From positions 32,001 through 96,000 of the forward strand of contig CAWAHW010000002.1 in assembly GCA_963781885.1 (NCBI GenBank): a stretch of DNA of 64,000 bases, read 5' to 3'. The notes below the pieces were generated by a model. It was not told the origin of the DNA and did no database searches. It saw only the letters and a list, made by a program, of their open reading frames with translations. Every line of letters starts with the position of its first letter. Within the stretch, counting starts at the first letter, position 1. This document shows positions 10,407 through 20,350 of this stretch, piece by piece. The position numbers and the translations under genes are program-made. The stretch is from an uncultured Spirochaetota bacterium (GTDB taxonomy: Bacteria; Spirochaetota; Spirochaetia; SZUA-6; Fen-1364).

Positions 10407-10471
10407 CCGGATTCCTCCTGTCCTTGTGAAGGTAGTTCCGCCCTTGTCGCCCGGTCAATGCACGATCCCTG

Positions 10472-10516
10472 TTGACGAAGGATAAGTCAATCAATATATT
10501 AAGTTAGCTTATATAA
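10472..10516 (+). promoter_or_regulatory. sigma70 promoter plus putative MarR operator
   Basis: TTGACG (10472-10477), 17 bp, TATATT (10495-10500). The imperfect inverted repeat TATATTAAG-TTAG-CTTATATA overlaps the -10/+1. Confidence 0.65.
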
Positions 10517-10531
10517 TAAGAGTGGTTGAAT

Positions 10532-11197
10532 ATGCAGGACAATAACGACCTTGTGCGGGAGATCCGTCGTTGGATGGAGATCTTGATCATGCGTTCGATG
10601 CACGGCATGTCACATTTTGCCCGCTCGACGGGCCTGTCGATGCCGCAGTTCAGCCTTCTGATGCGGCTCTACCACGGGGGCACCTGCGACGTGCAGGATA
10701 TCGGGCGTCACTTCGACGTGTCCAGCGCGGCGGCCAGCCAGCTCGTGGACCGGCTCGTCCAAAGCGGTTTCGTGGTCCGGCAGGAGAGCCCCGACGACCG
10801 GCGCGTACGCATGATCGCGCTGGACGAGCGCGGCCGGGCGCTCGTCGCGCAGGGCATTGAAGAACGCTACCGCTGGGTGGATGAGCTGGTACAGGAGCTG
10901 CCGGCAGAACGGCGCGCCGCCATCCTGGAAGCTTTGCCGGCGCTCATGGAGGCCGAAAAGAAGCTTTCCCAGATGGAAAAGGGCAGGACGCTCCGAGGGG
11001 CACACGGCGCACCGCACGAGAGCCATGTGGCACTTGGCGATGCTGTGGATCGGACCACCGGTGCAGATTCCGCGTCCCGCGGTGTTGAATCCGCGTCCCG
11101 CGATGCCGAATCCGCGTCCCGCGATGCCGAACCCGCGTCCCGCGATGCCGAACCCGCGTCCCGCGATGCAATAAAGACGCCGCGTGCGCGTCAATAA
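10532..11197 (+). CDS. MarR family transcriptional regulator with repetitive C-terminal tail
   Basis: GLSMPQFSLL, AASQLVDRLVQSGFVVRQESPDDRRVRMIAL. Confidence 0.92.
   Translation: MQDNNDLVREIRRWMEILIMRSMHGMSHFARSTGLSMPQFSLLMRLYHGGTCDVQDIGRHFDVSSAAASQLVDRLVQSGFVVRQESPDDRRVRMIALDERGRALVAQGIEERYRWVDELVQELPAERRAAILEALPALMEAEKKLSQMEKGRTLRGAHGAPHESHVALGDAVDRTTGADSASRGVESASRDAESASRDAEPASRDAEPASRDAIKTPRARQ
11063..11170 (+). repeat. in-frame 21-bp tandem repeat, about 5 copies
   Basis: Unit of about GCCGAA(T/C)CCGCGTCCCGCGAT, encoding ADSASRG-VESASRD-AESASRD-AEPASRD-AEPASRD. Confidence 0.9.
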
Positions 11198-11215
11198 GGA
11201 CAAGGAGAGAGATCG

Positions 11216-12943
11216 ATGTTCAAGCTGTTTCGGAATCTGAAGCCGTACGCCCTCATGATCGGGGCGGTGGTTGTCCTCGTGGCAGGGCAGGCAATCGCGG
11301 AGCTGTTCCTTCCCACCCTGATGTCGGACATCGTCGACAAGGGCGTCATGAACGGTGACACGGGATACATCCTGCGCACCGGAGGCGTCATGCTTCTGGT
11401 CGCCCTGGCAGACATGGCGTGCGCCTTTATCGCCGCGTTCCTGTCGGCGCGCGCGGGCATGGGCTTCGGCCGCGACCTTCGGCGGAAGGTGTTCACGCAC
11501 GTGGAGGGCTTCTCCCTTCACGAGTTCGATATCATCGGCACGCCGTCCCTGATCACGCGCACGACGAACGACATCACGCAGGTGCAGATGTTCACCATGA
11601 TCACGATGCGCATGCTCATCATGGCTCCCATCATGGCGGTGGGCGGCGTCATCATGGCCCTCCAGAAGGACGCGAAGCTCACGTGGGTGATCGTCGTGGT
11701 CATCCCGATCATCGCCGTGGTCATCAGCATCACCGCCTCCAAGGCCATCCCGCTCTTCCGGTCCATCCAGAAGAAGATCGACCGCATCAACCTGGTCCTC
11801 CGCGAGGGGCTCACGGGGGTGCGTGTCGTCCGCGCCTTCAACCGCGTCGAGCACGAGCAGAAGCGCTTCGACGAGGCCAACCTCGACCTCACGAACGTAT
11901 CGATTCGGGTGAACAAGCTCATGGCGCTCATGATGCCCCTCATGATGCTCCTCATGAACCTCACGATGATAGCGATCATCTGGTTCGGCGCGAAGCGCAT
12001 CGACGCCGGGGGGATGCAGGTGGGCGCGCTCATGGCCTTCCTCCAGTACGCCATGCAGATCCTCTTCTCCCTGCTCATGGTGTCCTTCCTCTTCATCATG
12101 CTGCCCCGCGCCAGCGCGTCGGCAACGAGGATCAACGAGGTGCTGGCGCTGAAGCCCGGCATCAAGGATGCGGCAACCATCCGCAAGGCGGACGCTGAGC
12201 ACGGGTACATCGAGTTCCGCGACGTCACGTTTGCCTATCCCGGCGCGGAGGAGCCGGCCATCATGGACATCTCCTTCAGCGCGAAGCCCGCGGAGGTGAC
12301 CGCCATCATCGGCGGCACGGGCTCGGGGAAGTCGACTCTCGTGAATCTCATCCCCCGCTTCTACGACATCGCCTCCGGCAGCATCCTCGTGGACGACGTG
12401 GACATCCGCGACATGGGGCAGGAAGCGCTGCGGGCAAAGCTCGGCTTCGTCCCCCAGAAGGCGGTGCTCTTCAACGACTCCATCGCGAACAACATCCGCT
12501 ATGGACGGGAGGAGGCCACCGACGAGGAGGTGGCGCACGCCGCCGAAACGGCGCAGGCGCTGGAGTTCATCCTCGCCATGCCCGACGGCTTCCGCTCGAT
12601 TGTCTCCCAGGGGGGGACGAACCTCTCCGGCGGGCAGAAGCAGCGGCTCTCCATTGCACGGGCCCTCGTGCGGAAGCCCGAGATCTACATCTTCGACGAC
12701 ACATTCTCGGCCCTCGACTTCAAGACGGACGCGAAACTGCGCGCCGCCCTGCGGCGGGAAACGGCCGATGCCACGGTCATCATCGTGGCCCAGCGGGTGA
12801 ACACGGTCATGGACGCCGACCGGATCATCGTCCTGGACGAGGGACGGGTGGTCGGCATGGGAACACATCGTGAGCTCATCGGCACGTGCGAGGTTTACAG
12901 GGAAATCGTCTCCTCGCAGCTCTCAGAGGAGGAACTGGCATGA
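11216..12943 (+). CDS. ABC multidrug exporter, ATP-binding/permease (heterodimer subunit A)
   Basis: Six-TM domain, Walker A GGTGSGKST, LSGGQKQR and a degenerate Walker B IYIFDD. Confidence 0.95.
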   Translation: MFKLFRNLKPYALMIGAVVVLVAGQAIAELFLPTLMSDIVDKGVMNGDTGYILRTGGVMLLVALADMACAFIAAFLSARAGMGFGRDLRRKVFTHVEGFSLHEFDIIGTPSLITRTTNDITQVQMFTMITMRMLIMAPIMAVGGVIMALQKDAKLTWVIVVVIPIIAVVISITASKAIPLFRSIQKKIDRINLVLREGLTGVRVVRAFNRVEHEQKRFDEANLDLTNVSIRVNKLMALMMPLMMLLMNLTMIAIIWFGAKRIDAGGMQVGALMAFLQYAMQILFSLLMVSFLFIMLPRASASATRINEVLALKPGIKDAATIRKADAEHGYIEFRDVTFAYPGAEEPAIMDISFSAKPAEVTAIIGGTGSGKSTLVNLIPRFYDIASGSILVDDVDIRDMGQEALRAKLGFVPQKAVLFNDSIANNIRYGREEATDEEVAHAAETAQALEFILAMPDGFRSIVSQGGTNLSGGQKQRLSIARALVRKPEIYIFDDTFSALDFKTDAKLRAALRRETADATVIIVAQRVNTVMDADRIIVLDEGRVVGMGTHRELIGTCEVYREIVSSQLSEEELA

Positions 12944-14970
12944 GCGACGGACGCAACAACGGAAACGGAAACGGCAACAAGGCCGCGGCAGGCGCCCCCG
13001 CGGGAGCCCCCGCGGCAACGCCCGCGATGGGACCCGGCAGGGGACGAGGGCCGGGATTCGGCCCCGGCGGTCACCGCGGCGGCCCCATGGGCATGGGCGC
13101 GCCGGTGGAGAAGGCGAAGAATTTCGGCGCCTCCATGCGGCGGCTCGTCGGGTTCCTGAAGCCCCACATGGCAAAGCTGATCGTGGTGCTCATCCTGGCA
13201 ATCGGCAGCACGATGTTTGCCATCTTCGCGCCGAAGATCATGGGTCATGCGACCACGAAGATATTCGCCGGGCTCATGGCGAAGATGATGCACCTGCCCG
13301 GCGCGGGCATCGATTTCACGGCCATCGGCTGGATCGTCGTGGAGCTGATCGGCATGTACGTCGGCTCGGCGATCCTCAGCTACGTCATGCAGTTCATCAT
13401 GGCGGGCGTGTCGCAGCGGACGGTCTATGACATGAGGAAGCTCGTGAACGACAAGCTCGCGCGCCTTCCCCTGAAGTTCTTCGACGGCCGGACGCACGGC
13501 GAGATCATGAGCCGTTTCACGAACGACATGGACAACATCGCCAACACGCTCCAGCAGAGTCTCACGCAGATCATCACCTCGGTGGTGACCATTCTGGGGG
13601 TGATCGTCATGATGCTCACCATCAGCCCCCTGCTGACGCTCATCACGATCATCGTGCTGCCCCTCAGCTTCATCATGACGCGCATCATCGCGCCGAAGTC
13701 CCAGAAGTATTTCGCCGACCAGTGGAAGAACATCGGGGACCTGAACGGCCACATCGAGGAGATGTACACCGGGCACACCATCGTGAAGGCATTCGGCCAC
13801 GAGCGGAAATCGATCGAGACGTTCAACGAGGTCAATGAGAAGGTCTACAACGCGAGCTGGCGCGCCCAGTTCGTCTCGGGCCTCCTCTTCCCCCTCATGA
13901 CGTTCATCAACAACCTCGGCTACGTGGCAGTGGCCGTCGCGGGCGGCATCATGGTGACGCGGAAGGCAATCGCCATCGGTGACATCCAGGCATTCATCCA
14001 GTACTCGCGCCAGTTCACGATGCCCATCGCCCAGACGGCGAACATCGCCAACATCCTCCAGAGCACCGTCGCCTCCGCGGAGCGCGTCTTCGAGCTGCTG
14101 GACGAGCCGGAGGAGCAGGCGGACGACGCGAAGGCGCTCGTTCTCTCCAATCCCCGCGGCGAGGTGCGTTTCGAGAACGTGAGCTTCAGCTACAAGGAGG
14201 ATTCCCCGCTCATCGAGGGCATGAACCTCGACGTGAAAGAGGGACAGACCATCGCCATTGTCGGCCCCACGGGCGCGGGCAAGACCACCCTTGTGAACCT
14301 GCTCATGCGCTTCTACGAGATCGGGGGGGGACGCATCACGGTGGACGGAAAGGACATCCGCGACGTGAAGCGCGGGAACCTGCGGTGCACGTTCGGCATG
14401 GTTCTGCAAGATACGTGGCTGTTCAACGGCACCATCCGTGACAACATCGCCTACGGCCGCGGCACGGTCACCGACGAGGAAGTGCACCAGGCGGCCATCG
14501 CCGCGCACGCGGACCACTTCATCCGCACCCTGCCGCAGGGCTACAACACGGTCCTGAACGAGGAAGCGTCGAACATCTCCCAGGGACAGAGACAGCTCCT
14601 CACCATCGCCCGCGCGGTGCTCATCGATCCGGCCATCCTCATCCTCGACGAGGCAACCAGCTCGGTGGATACGCGCACGGAGGTCCTCATCCAGAAGGCG
14701 ATGGCCCAGCTCATGAAGGGCAGGACGAGCTTCGTGATCGCCCACCGGCTTTCCACCATCCGCGAGGCGAAGATGATCCTCGTGATGAACCATGGGAAGA
14801 TCATCGAGACGGGCACCCACAAGGAGCTGCTGGCACAAGGCGGCTTCTACGCGGAGCTGTACAACAGCCAGTTCACCGGGGCCGACATCGACGCGGAGGA
14901 GAAGGCGCGCAAGGCGCTCCTGGCGACGACCCCCGCGGTCGCGCCGAGCCCGGTCGGCGTCCGGGGCTGA
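12940..14970 (+). CDS. ABC multidrug exporter, ATP-binding/permease (heterodimer subunit B)
   Basis: GPTGAGKTT, ISQGQRQ, ILDEATS and IAHRLST. ATGA overlap with the upstream gene. Confidence 0.95.
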   Translation: MSDGRNNGNGNGNKAAAGAPAGAPAATPAMGPGRGRGPGFGPGGHRGGPMGMGAPVEKAKNFGASMRRLVGFLKPHMAKLIVVLILAIGSTMFAIFAPKIMGHATTKIFAGLMAKMMHLPGAGIDFTAIGWIVVELIGMYVGSAILSYVMQFIMAGVSQRTVYDMRKLVNDKLARLPLKFFDGRTHGEIMSRFTNDMDNIANTLQQSLTQIITSVVTILGVIVMMLTISPLLTLITIIVLPLSFIMTRIIAPKSQKYFADQWKNIGDLNGHIEEMYTGHTIVKAFGHERKSIETFNEVNEKVYNASWRAQFVSGLLFPLMTFINNLGYVAVAVAGGIMVTRKAIAIGDIQAFIQYSRQFTMPIAQTANIANILQSTVASAERVFELLDEPEEQADDAKALVLSNPRGEVRFENVSFSYKEDSPLIEGMNLDVKEGQTIAIVGPTGAGKTTLVNLLMRFYEIGGGRITVDGKDIRDVKRGNLRCTFGMVLQDTWLFNGTIRDNIAYGRGTVTDEEVHQAAIAAHADHFIRTLPQGYNTVLNEEASNISQGQRQLLTIARAVLIDPAILILDEATSSVDTRTEVLIQKAMAQLMKGRTSFVIAHRLSTIREAKMILVMNHGKIIETGTHKELLAQGGFYAELYNSQFTGADIDAEEKARKALLATTPAVAPSPVGVRG

Positions 14971-14985
14971 AAGCATACGATCGAC

Positions 14986-15020
14986 GAAGACCCCCGCGTC
15001 CGCGGGGGTCTTCTTGTTTC
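14986..15020 (+). terminator. Rho-independent terminator
   Basis: GAAGACCCCCGCG-TC-CGCGGGGGTCTTC inverted repeat followed by TTGTTT, just after the ABC operon. Confidence 0.8.
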
Positions 15021-15096
15021 CGGCCCTACCGGCGGGGGTAGCAATTCCGGGCTGCATTCGGTATTTTGGCTCATCTCAAGGCAAGGGGGTCTGGAC

Positions 15097-16416
15097 ATGG
15101 CAAGGACCACGACTTCGGGTGGAACGGGCGCCTCTCCTCGTCTTGCAAAACAGCCCTCCGACGCGCAGAGGGGAATGGGCTGGCTCTTCGCGGGGCTTTT
15201 CCTCCTCTACATGTTCGACTACATCGACCGGGAGATCGTCTCGTCCCTCATCCCCTTCCTGAAGGCCGACCTCGGGATTACCGACACCCAGGCGGGATCG
15301 CTCGCATCGGCCGTCTACTGGTCCATCGTCGTCTTCACCTTCCCCGTCTCCATCCTCATCGACCGCTGGAGCCGCAAGCGGAGCGTCGGCATCATGGTCA
15401 TGCTCTGGAGCATGGCGACCGGCGCGGCGATATTCATCAAGACATTCCCCCAGCTCTTCCTCACCCGGCTGGGCGTCGGCGTCGGCGAGGCCGGCTACGC
15501 GCCCGGCGGCACGGCGATGATCTCCGCCATGTACCCGCAGGAGAAGCGGTCCCAAATGATGGGGCTATGGAACGCGTCCATCCCGCTGGGATCGGCCATC
15601 GGCGTGGGCCTTGGCGGGGTGATCGCAACGCACTGGGGCTGGAAACACGCCTTCGGTCTCGTGGCCATTCCCGGTTTCATCATCGGCGTGCTGTTCTTCT
15701 TCTTCGCGCGCGACTACAAGACCATCAAGCTGATGAAGCAGGCCACACCCGCGGCGGCCGCGCGCAAGATGCGCCTCGGGGAGATCGTGCGCGAGTTTCT
15801 GCACACGCCTTCCCTCATCCTGACCTACGTGGCATTCGCGGGCAACACCTTCCTCACCAGCGCGTACCTCACGTGGCTTCCCTCCTATTTCGTGCGCACG
15901 CAGGGCATGGCGTCGGGCCCGGCAGGGCTCAAGGCGTCCTCCATCATGCTTCTTGCCATCGTGGGAGCGCCGCTCGGCGGCTTTCTTGTGGACGCGTGGA
16001 ACAAGAAGCGCGGCAACGCCCGCCCGCTTTTCGCCGGACTATCCAGCCTGCTCAGCGCCGCGCTCTGGCTCGTTTCCTTTGCATTCTTCAAGGGAACGGC
16101 GCAATACATCATGTTGATGGTCTCCGCGCTCGCGACGCTCCTGTACCTCTCCGGCGCCTCCGCGCTCACGCAGGACGTCGTGCACCCGGGGCTCTGGGCC
16201 ATCTCCTACAGCATCTGCGTGATCGTCCAGAACCTCCTGGGCAGCTCCACGGGGCCCATCGTGGTCGGTTCGATCTCCGACAAGATCGGGCTTCCCGGCG
16301 CGATGCTCATCGTGCCGGCCATGGCGGCCTTCGCGGGTATCCTCTTCCTCCTGGCGTCCCTGTTCTACAAGCGGGACCTGGCAAAGGTCGACAAGGTCGT
16401 CGTGGAGATGGAGTAG
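15097..16416 (+). CDS. MFS transporter (spinster/ACS-like)
   Basis: DYIDR, IDRWSRKR, RLGVGVGEAGYAP, and about 12 hydrophobic segments. Confidence 0.92.
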   Translation: MARTTTSGGTGASPRLAKQPSDAQRGMGWLFAGLFLLYMFDYIDREIVSSLIPFLKADLGITDTQAGSLASAVYWSIVVFTFPVSILIDRWSRKRSVGIMVMLWSMATGAAIFIKTFPQLFLTRLGVGVGEAGYAPGGTAMISAMYPQEKRSQMMGLWNASIPLGSAIGVGLGGVIATHWGWKHAFGLVAIPGFIIGVLFFFFARDYKTIKLMKQATPAAAARKMRLGEIVREFLHTPSLILTYVAFAGNTFLTSAYLTWLPSYFVRTQGMASGPAGLKASSIMLLAIVGAPLGGFLVDAWNKKRGNARPLFAGLSSLLSAALWLVSFAFFKGTAQYIMLMVSALATLLYLSGASALTQDVVHPGLWAISYSICVIVQNLLGSSTGPIVVGSISDKIGLPGAMLIVPAMAAFAGILFLLASLFYKRDLAKVDKVVVEME

Positions 16417-16459
16417 CGCGCGCGTTCTGTCCGTCGGTGCGGGGAAGGGGACTCTGGTC

Positions 16460-17233
16460 TCAGAATCCCAGCGTGATCACCGCGCCCAGGGACAGGACCC
16501 ACGAGCCGACAGCCTCGGAGTAGGAGGTCCAGCCGTCGCTTGCGGGCAGGTTGGGGGACGTGCTCCACGTCGTCGTCTTGTAGGCACCGGCCATCTCGAT
16601 GCCCCAGTCGGGCGTGACGTGCCACAGGAGGCTCAGGTAGGGATAGCTCTGGTAGATGAGCGTGCTGCCGAAGTTCAGCGGGAAGTACATCTCGTAGCTC
16701 GCCGACACGTTGAGAAGCGGCATGCGGTCCCGCATCCAGAACCAGGTGAGCTCGGGCCGCGCCATGATCGACATCTCGTTCTCATACGTCGAGTAGATGA
16801 ACCTGCCTTTCAGCATGAACACCCAGTTGCCGCCCGGGAGGAAGGGCAGGAGGAAGCGCGGGCTCACGTCGAGCATGAAAAGATTCTCGAGCTGGGTCGA
16901 GGTGTCAGCCCAGCCCCAGCCTGCGGCAGCGGTGCTTTCCACCACGGTATCGTCGTGACGGGCGCCCGCCTGCAGCCGGTAGAATGCGCCCACCTTCAGG
17001 TTGGGGAGGACGCGGTAGTAGCCGCCGACGGTGACGTCGTGGAATCCCAGCGCATTCTCATCCGTGCGGTACTGCCCCAGCACCTCGGCAAGCGCGTCGA
17101 AGCTGCCAAAGTTCGCCACGATCTGTGTCCGTGCCTGCAGGTCCACGAGCCCCTGGTCGATGGTGGGGACCCGCTGGGCGAATGCCGCGGCCGCGGGGAG
17201 CATCAGAAGAAGCAAGAGGGCGCGTGACGTCAT
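16460..17233 (-). CDS. exported protein, putative outer-membrane beta-barrel (DUF2490-like)
   Basis: Signal peptide ending AAFA, alternating aromatic/hydrophobic strands and a C-terminal Phe (VITLGF). Confidence 0.55.
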   Translation of the reverse strand: MTSRALLLLLMLPAAAAFAQRVPTIDQGLVDLQARTQIVANFGSFDALAEVLGQYRTDENALGFHDVTVGGYYRVLPNLKVGAFYRLQAGARHDDTVVESTAAAGWGWADTSTQLENLFMLDVSPRFLLPFLPGGNWVFMLKGRFIYSTYENEMSIMARPELTWFWMRDRMPLLNVSASYEMYFPLNFGSTLIYQSYPYLSLLWHVTPDWGIEMAGAYKTTTWSTSPNLPASDGWTSYSEAVGSWVLSLGAVITLGF

Positions 17234-17243
17234 GGTGTTTCCC

Positions 17244-17918
17244 TCAATCGTAATCCTGGTCGAGCAGGTCGCTGTATGCCGCGTCGAGGCTCGTGCTGTC
17301 CTGGACCCTCCCGCCGCCAGGGTTCACGTTCCAGTTCAAGTGACGCGTCCACGGGTAGCGCCGCGGCGTCGTGATCTTCGTGCCCCCGACGATGTTGATG
17401 CCCAGGCCCGCCTTCACCTGCACGTCCTGGCCCGTGTCGGGGATGGAGACGTCGACGACGCCTGAGTTCACGCACAGCCAGACGTCAGGCTCCGCATCGA
17501 TGGTGCGGCCGTACGCGATGAAGAACTCCGTGCCCCGCACGCCCGCAAGTGCCGACTGGGTGCGCACGGAGAATCGCCCCGTGAGCTTTCCCACGATGGT
17601 GGTAAACACGCCGCCCGCGGTGAGATTCACCGTGGTCTGGTCCCCGATGGAATCGATTGCGAGCGTGGTCTTTTCTCGTAGCTTCAGCGTCGTGCCGTTG
17701 GCGAGATCGATCACGGCGAGTGATTGGGCGCTCGTGGCCACCACGTCACCGGCGGCAAGCGCGTCTCCGATCTGCGCGGGACGGACGCCGTCGATGGAGC
17801 GTATCGAGACGTCGCCTTCCGTGTAGGTGAGCTGGCCGTTCAGGGCGAAAACCGCCGCGGGCAGCCCGACGAAGAGAATGGCCGCGCTCAAGCAGAGAGC
17901 AGACCGTTTCAATTGCAT
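17244..17918 (-). CDS. FecR-domain periplasmic protein
   Basis: Signal peptide, GDVVAT...AVIDLANGTTLKL, VRTQSALAGVRGTEF and VNSGVV. Confidence 0.82.
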   Translation of the reverse strand: MQLKRSALCLSAAILFVGLPAAVFALNGQLTYTEGDVSIRSIDGVRPAQIGDALAAGDVVATSAQSLAVIDLANGTTLKLREKTTLAIDSIGDQTTVNLTAGGVFTTIVGKLTGRFSVRTQSALAGVRGTEFFIAYGRTIDAEPDVWLCVNSGVVDVSIPDTGQDVQVKAGLGINIVGGTKITTPRRYPWTRHLNWNVNPGGGRVQDSTSLDAAYSDLLDQDYD

Positions 17919-18018
17919 GCGCACCCCCCGTGGAAGGTACGGCCGCGGGCGCGCCGCGGGCAAGAGAAACCCGGGCCCGCGCTCACCGGGGAGGCGCGGG
18001 GACGCCCGCGCCGGCGTG

Positions 18019-19560
18019 CTACAGGAGATACCCCCAGGTCTGGAGGAGATCGCCGTCCCGGTGCCAGCGCTCGCCGATATCGGTGCGGTAGAACATGTTC
18101 GGGATGATGATGTTCTTCACGCGGTTGTAGGCCTCTTTGCGCGCATCGTCCATGGTGGAGCCTGAACCGGTGACCACCATGACGTAGCCCGAGTTGCCCG
18201 TGAGGCGCCAGTCGCCGTCCACCAGGCGGATGTCGCAGGGATGGATGCCGTCGTTCATCGGCTTGCGGAATATGACCACCGCGTCCTCGCTGAACTTGCG
18301 GAATGCATCGGAGTCGAGGAAGGGAAAGGGCGGCACGGCGATGACGACGCAGATCTGGAAGCCGCGCTTCGTGCGGAGCGTCACCGCCTGGCCGCGCGCC
18401 ATGCCGGACAGGAGGTCCGCCCAGCGCGACAGGACCCCTTCGATCTGGAGATTGATCGTCGGGTAGCCGAACCGGGACGTGAACTCCAGGGGGTAGATGC
18501 CGCGGGAGTTGGCGATGCAGTTGATGTCGATGTAGCCCGTGTAGCGCGTGGCGGCGAGCTTGTCGCGCATCTTGAAGAGCGTCTGCTGGAAAAGGGTGTT
18601 CGGGCCGTGCCAGAAGCCGGCGGTCCCCATCTCTCCCGTCTGCGGGCCGATGTCGTCGTTGAACATGCGCTTGTGCTCGAAGTTCACGAATGTCGGGCCG
18701 ATGAAGTCCTTCCCGTTGAAGAAGGCGCCGACCGCCACCTCCACGCCCGAGGCATATTTCTGGAGCTGGAAGCTTTTGATCTTGGATGCCCAGCCCTTCT
18801 TGTAGTGCTCGAGCATCGTGAGCACGTCCAGGCCGTCTTCCTCCTGGCCGACGAATGAGAGCACCTTCTCGTTCTGCGCCCTGCCGCTGGGCTTCACGAC
18901 GTAGCGGCCGGGCGTGGCTTTGATGAAGGAGATCGCCGCATCGAAAGAATCGAACTCCCAGCGGGGAAGGATGGTGATGCCCGCGGCGCGCATCTCCTCC
19001 TGGCCGAACTCGCGGTCCATCTCCAGCCTGTCCGTGTAGGGCGTGCCGCCGACCACGGCCTTGCCTTCCGCGCGGAGCTTGTCGGCAAGCGCGCCGAACT
19101 CGCAGTCGTCGAAGACGATGACGTCGGCCCACTCCTTCCACTCCTCCCACTTGTCCACCTTCTCGACGAAGCCCTCCGCGACCTCGCGCTCCGACTTCAT
19201 CATGATGTGGTAGCGCACCTCCTGGCCTTCCTTGCGCAGCTCCCACGCCAGGTCGTGGATGAGCCCCCACTTGGAGATGAAGAGGAAGCGCTGCGGCCGC
19301 TGCTCGCGCGACGCGCCGGGTGCGGCGGGCTGCGGTGAAGCCGGTGGCGCTGGCTGCGGCGCGCCCGGCACAGGGCCTCCCGGCGGCGGGGCGGCGGGAG
19401 CAGCGGCTCCGGCCGCGGGCGCGGGTGCGCCGGGAGGGAAAGGATCGGGTGGTGGTGACGCTGGCTGATCGGAAGAGGAGGCTGCGGGAGCAGGGGGAGC
19501 GGCGCTCGTGCCCGATCTGGCGCCGTTTTTTTTCCCCGGGCCCCTGTCATCGCTCGACAT
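18019..19560 (-). CDS. PurD-like ATP-grasp ligase (non-canonical) with Pro/Ala-rich N-terminal extension
   Basis: LEMDREFG, YVVKPSG, GVEV, GPQTGEMG, LEFTSRFGYP and MFYRTDIG. It lacks the canonical GSGGREHA N-terminus of bacterial PurD. Confidence 0.8.
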   Translation of the reverse strand: MSSDDRGPGKKNGARSGTSAAPPAPAASSSDQPASPPPDPFPPGAPAPAAGAAAPAAPPPGGPVPGAPQPAPPASPQPAAPGASREQRPQRFLFISKWGLIHDLAWELRKEGQEVRYHIMMKSEREVAEGFVEKVDKWEEWKEWADVIVFDDCEFGALADKLRAEGKAVVGGTPYTDRLEMDREFGQEEMRAAGITILPRWEFDSFDAAISFIKATPGRYVVKPSGRAQNEKVLSFVGQEEDGLDVLTMLEHYKKGWASKIKSFQLQKYASGVEVAVGAFFNGKDFIGPTFVNFEHKRMFNDDIGPQTGEMGTAGFWHGPNTLFQQTLFKMRDKLAATRYTGYIDINCIANSRGIYPLEFTSRFGYPTINLQIEGVLSRWADLLSGMARGQAVTLRTKRGFQICVVIAVPPFPFLDSDAFRKFSEDAVVIFRKPMNDGIHPCDIRLVDGDWRLTGNSGYVMVVTGSGSTMDDARKEAYNRVKNIIIPNMFYRTDIGERWHRDGDLLQTWGYLL

Positions 19561-19656
19561 GGTGTAGCGAACATAGCCTAGGGAAGGGCTGTCGGCAAGC
19601 AATTCTTTGTGTACATTGGGCCCGTGAACGGCAGGAAGGGACTCCGCATCATTCCC

Positions 19657-20343
19657 GTGCGCGACGCGAACGAAAAGCCCGGTCATCGCTTCGACCCGGA
19701 CCAGCTCCAGAGCCTGCCGGTGGTCGCAAACGTCGAGATCGCGCCCGACACGTGGCGCCTTTCATTCCCGCGGCCCTGGGATTTCGTCGCCGGCCAGTCG
19801 ATCGGGTTGACGCTCGACCCGTCGCTTCCCGCCCGATTCTACAGCATCGCAAGCGGCACCGCGGACCCTCTGGTGGACGTGCTCTACGACAGGGTGCCGG
19901 AAGGCCTGCTCACGCCGCGGCTGGCGGATCTGCGCCCGGGCGACACGCTCCTCTGCTCGCTTCCCTTCGGCGCCTTCCGCGATTCCATCGGGCCGTCCTG
20001 CTGGATCGCCACGGGCACCGGTATCGCGCCATTCGTCTCCATGGCCCGGTCGGGAAAGGTCGACGGCAAGCTCCTCCTGCACGGCAGCCGCAGCATCGCC
20101 GGGCTTTTTGACAGGGACTACTTCGCCACGCTCATGGGCAACCGCTATATCCCCTGCTGCACGCGGGAGAACGCGCCGGGCGTGTTCGCGGGCCGACCCA
20201 CCGAGTGGCTGCGCCAGCAGCCCCTGCCGGAAAGCGACCGCTACCTGCTCTGCGGCAACAGCGGCATGGTCGTGGACGCGCGTGACATCCTCATCAATCG
20301 CGGCGTATCCTTCACCCGGGTGATTTCCGAGATCTACTTCTGA
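19657..20343 (+). CDS. ferredoxin/flavodoxin--NADP reductase-like FAD/NAD(P)-binding oxidoreductase
   Basis: RFYSIAS, GLLTPRL, IATGTGIAPFVSM, LCGNSGMV and the C-terminal EIYF. The start codon is uncertain. Confidence 0.88.
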   Translation: MRDANEKPGHRFDPDQLQSLPVVANVEIAPDTWRLSFPRPWDFVAGQSIGLTLDPSLPARFYSIASGTADPLVDVLYDRVPEGLLTPRLADLRPGDTLLCSLPFGAFRDSIGPSCWIATGTGIAPFVSMARSGKVDGKLLLHGSRSIAGLFDRDYFATLMGNRYIPCCTRENAPGVFAGRPTEWLRQQPLPESDRYLLCGNSGMVVDARDILINRGVSFTRVISEIYF

Positions 20344-20350
20344 GGCAGGC

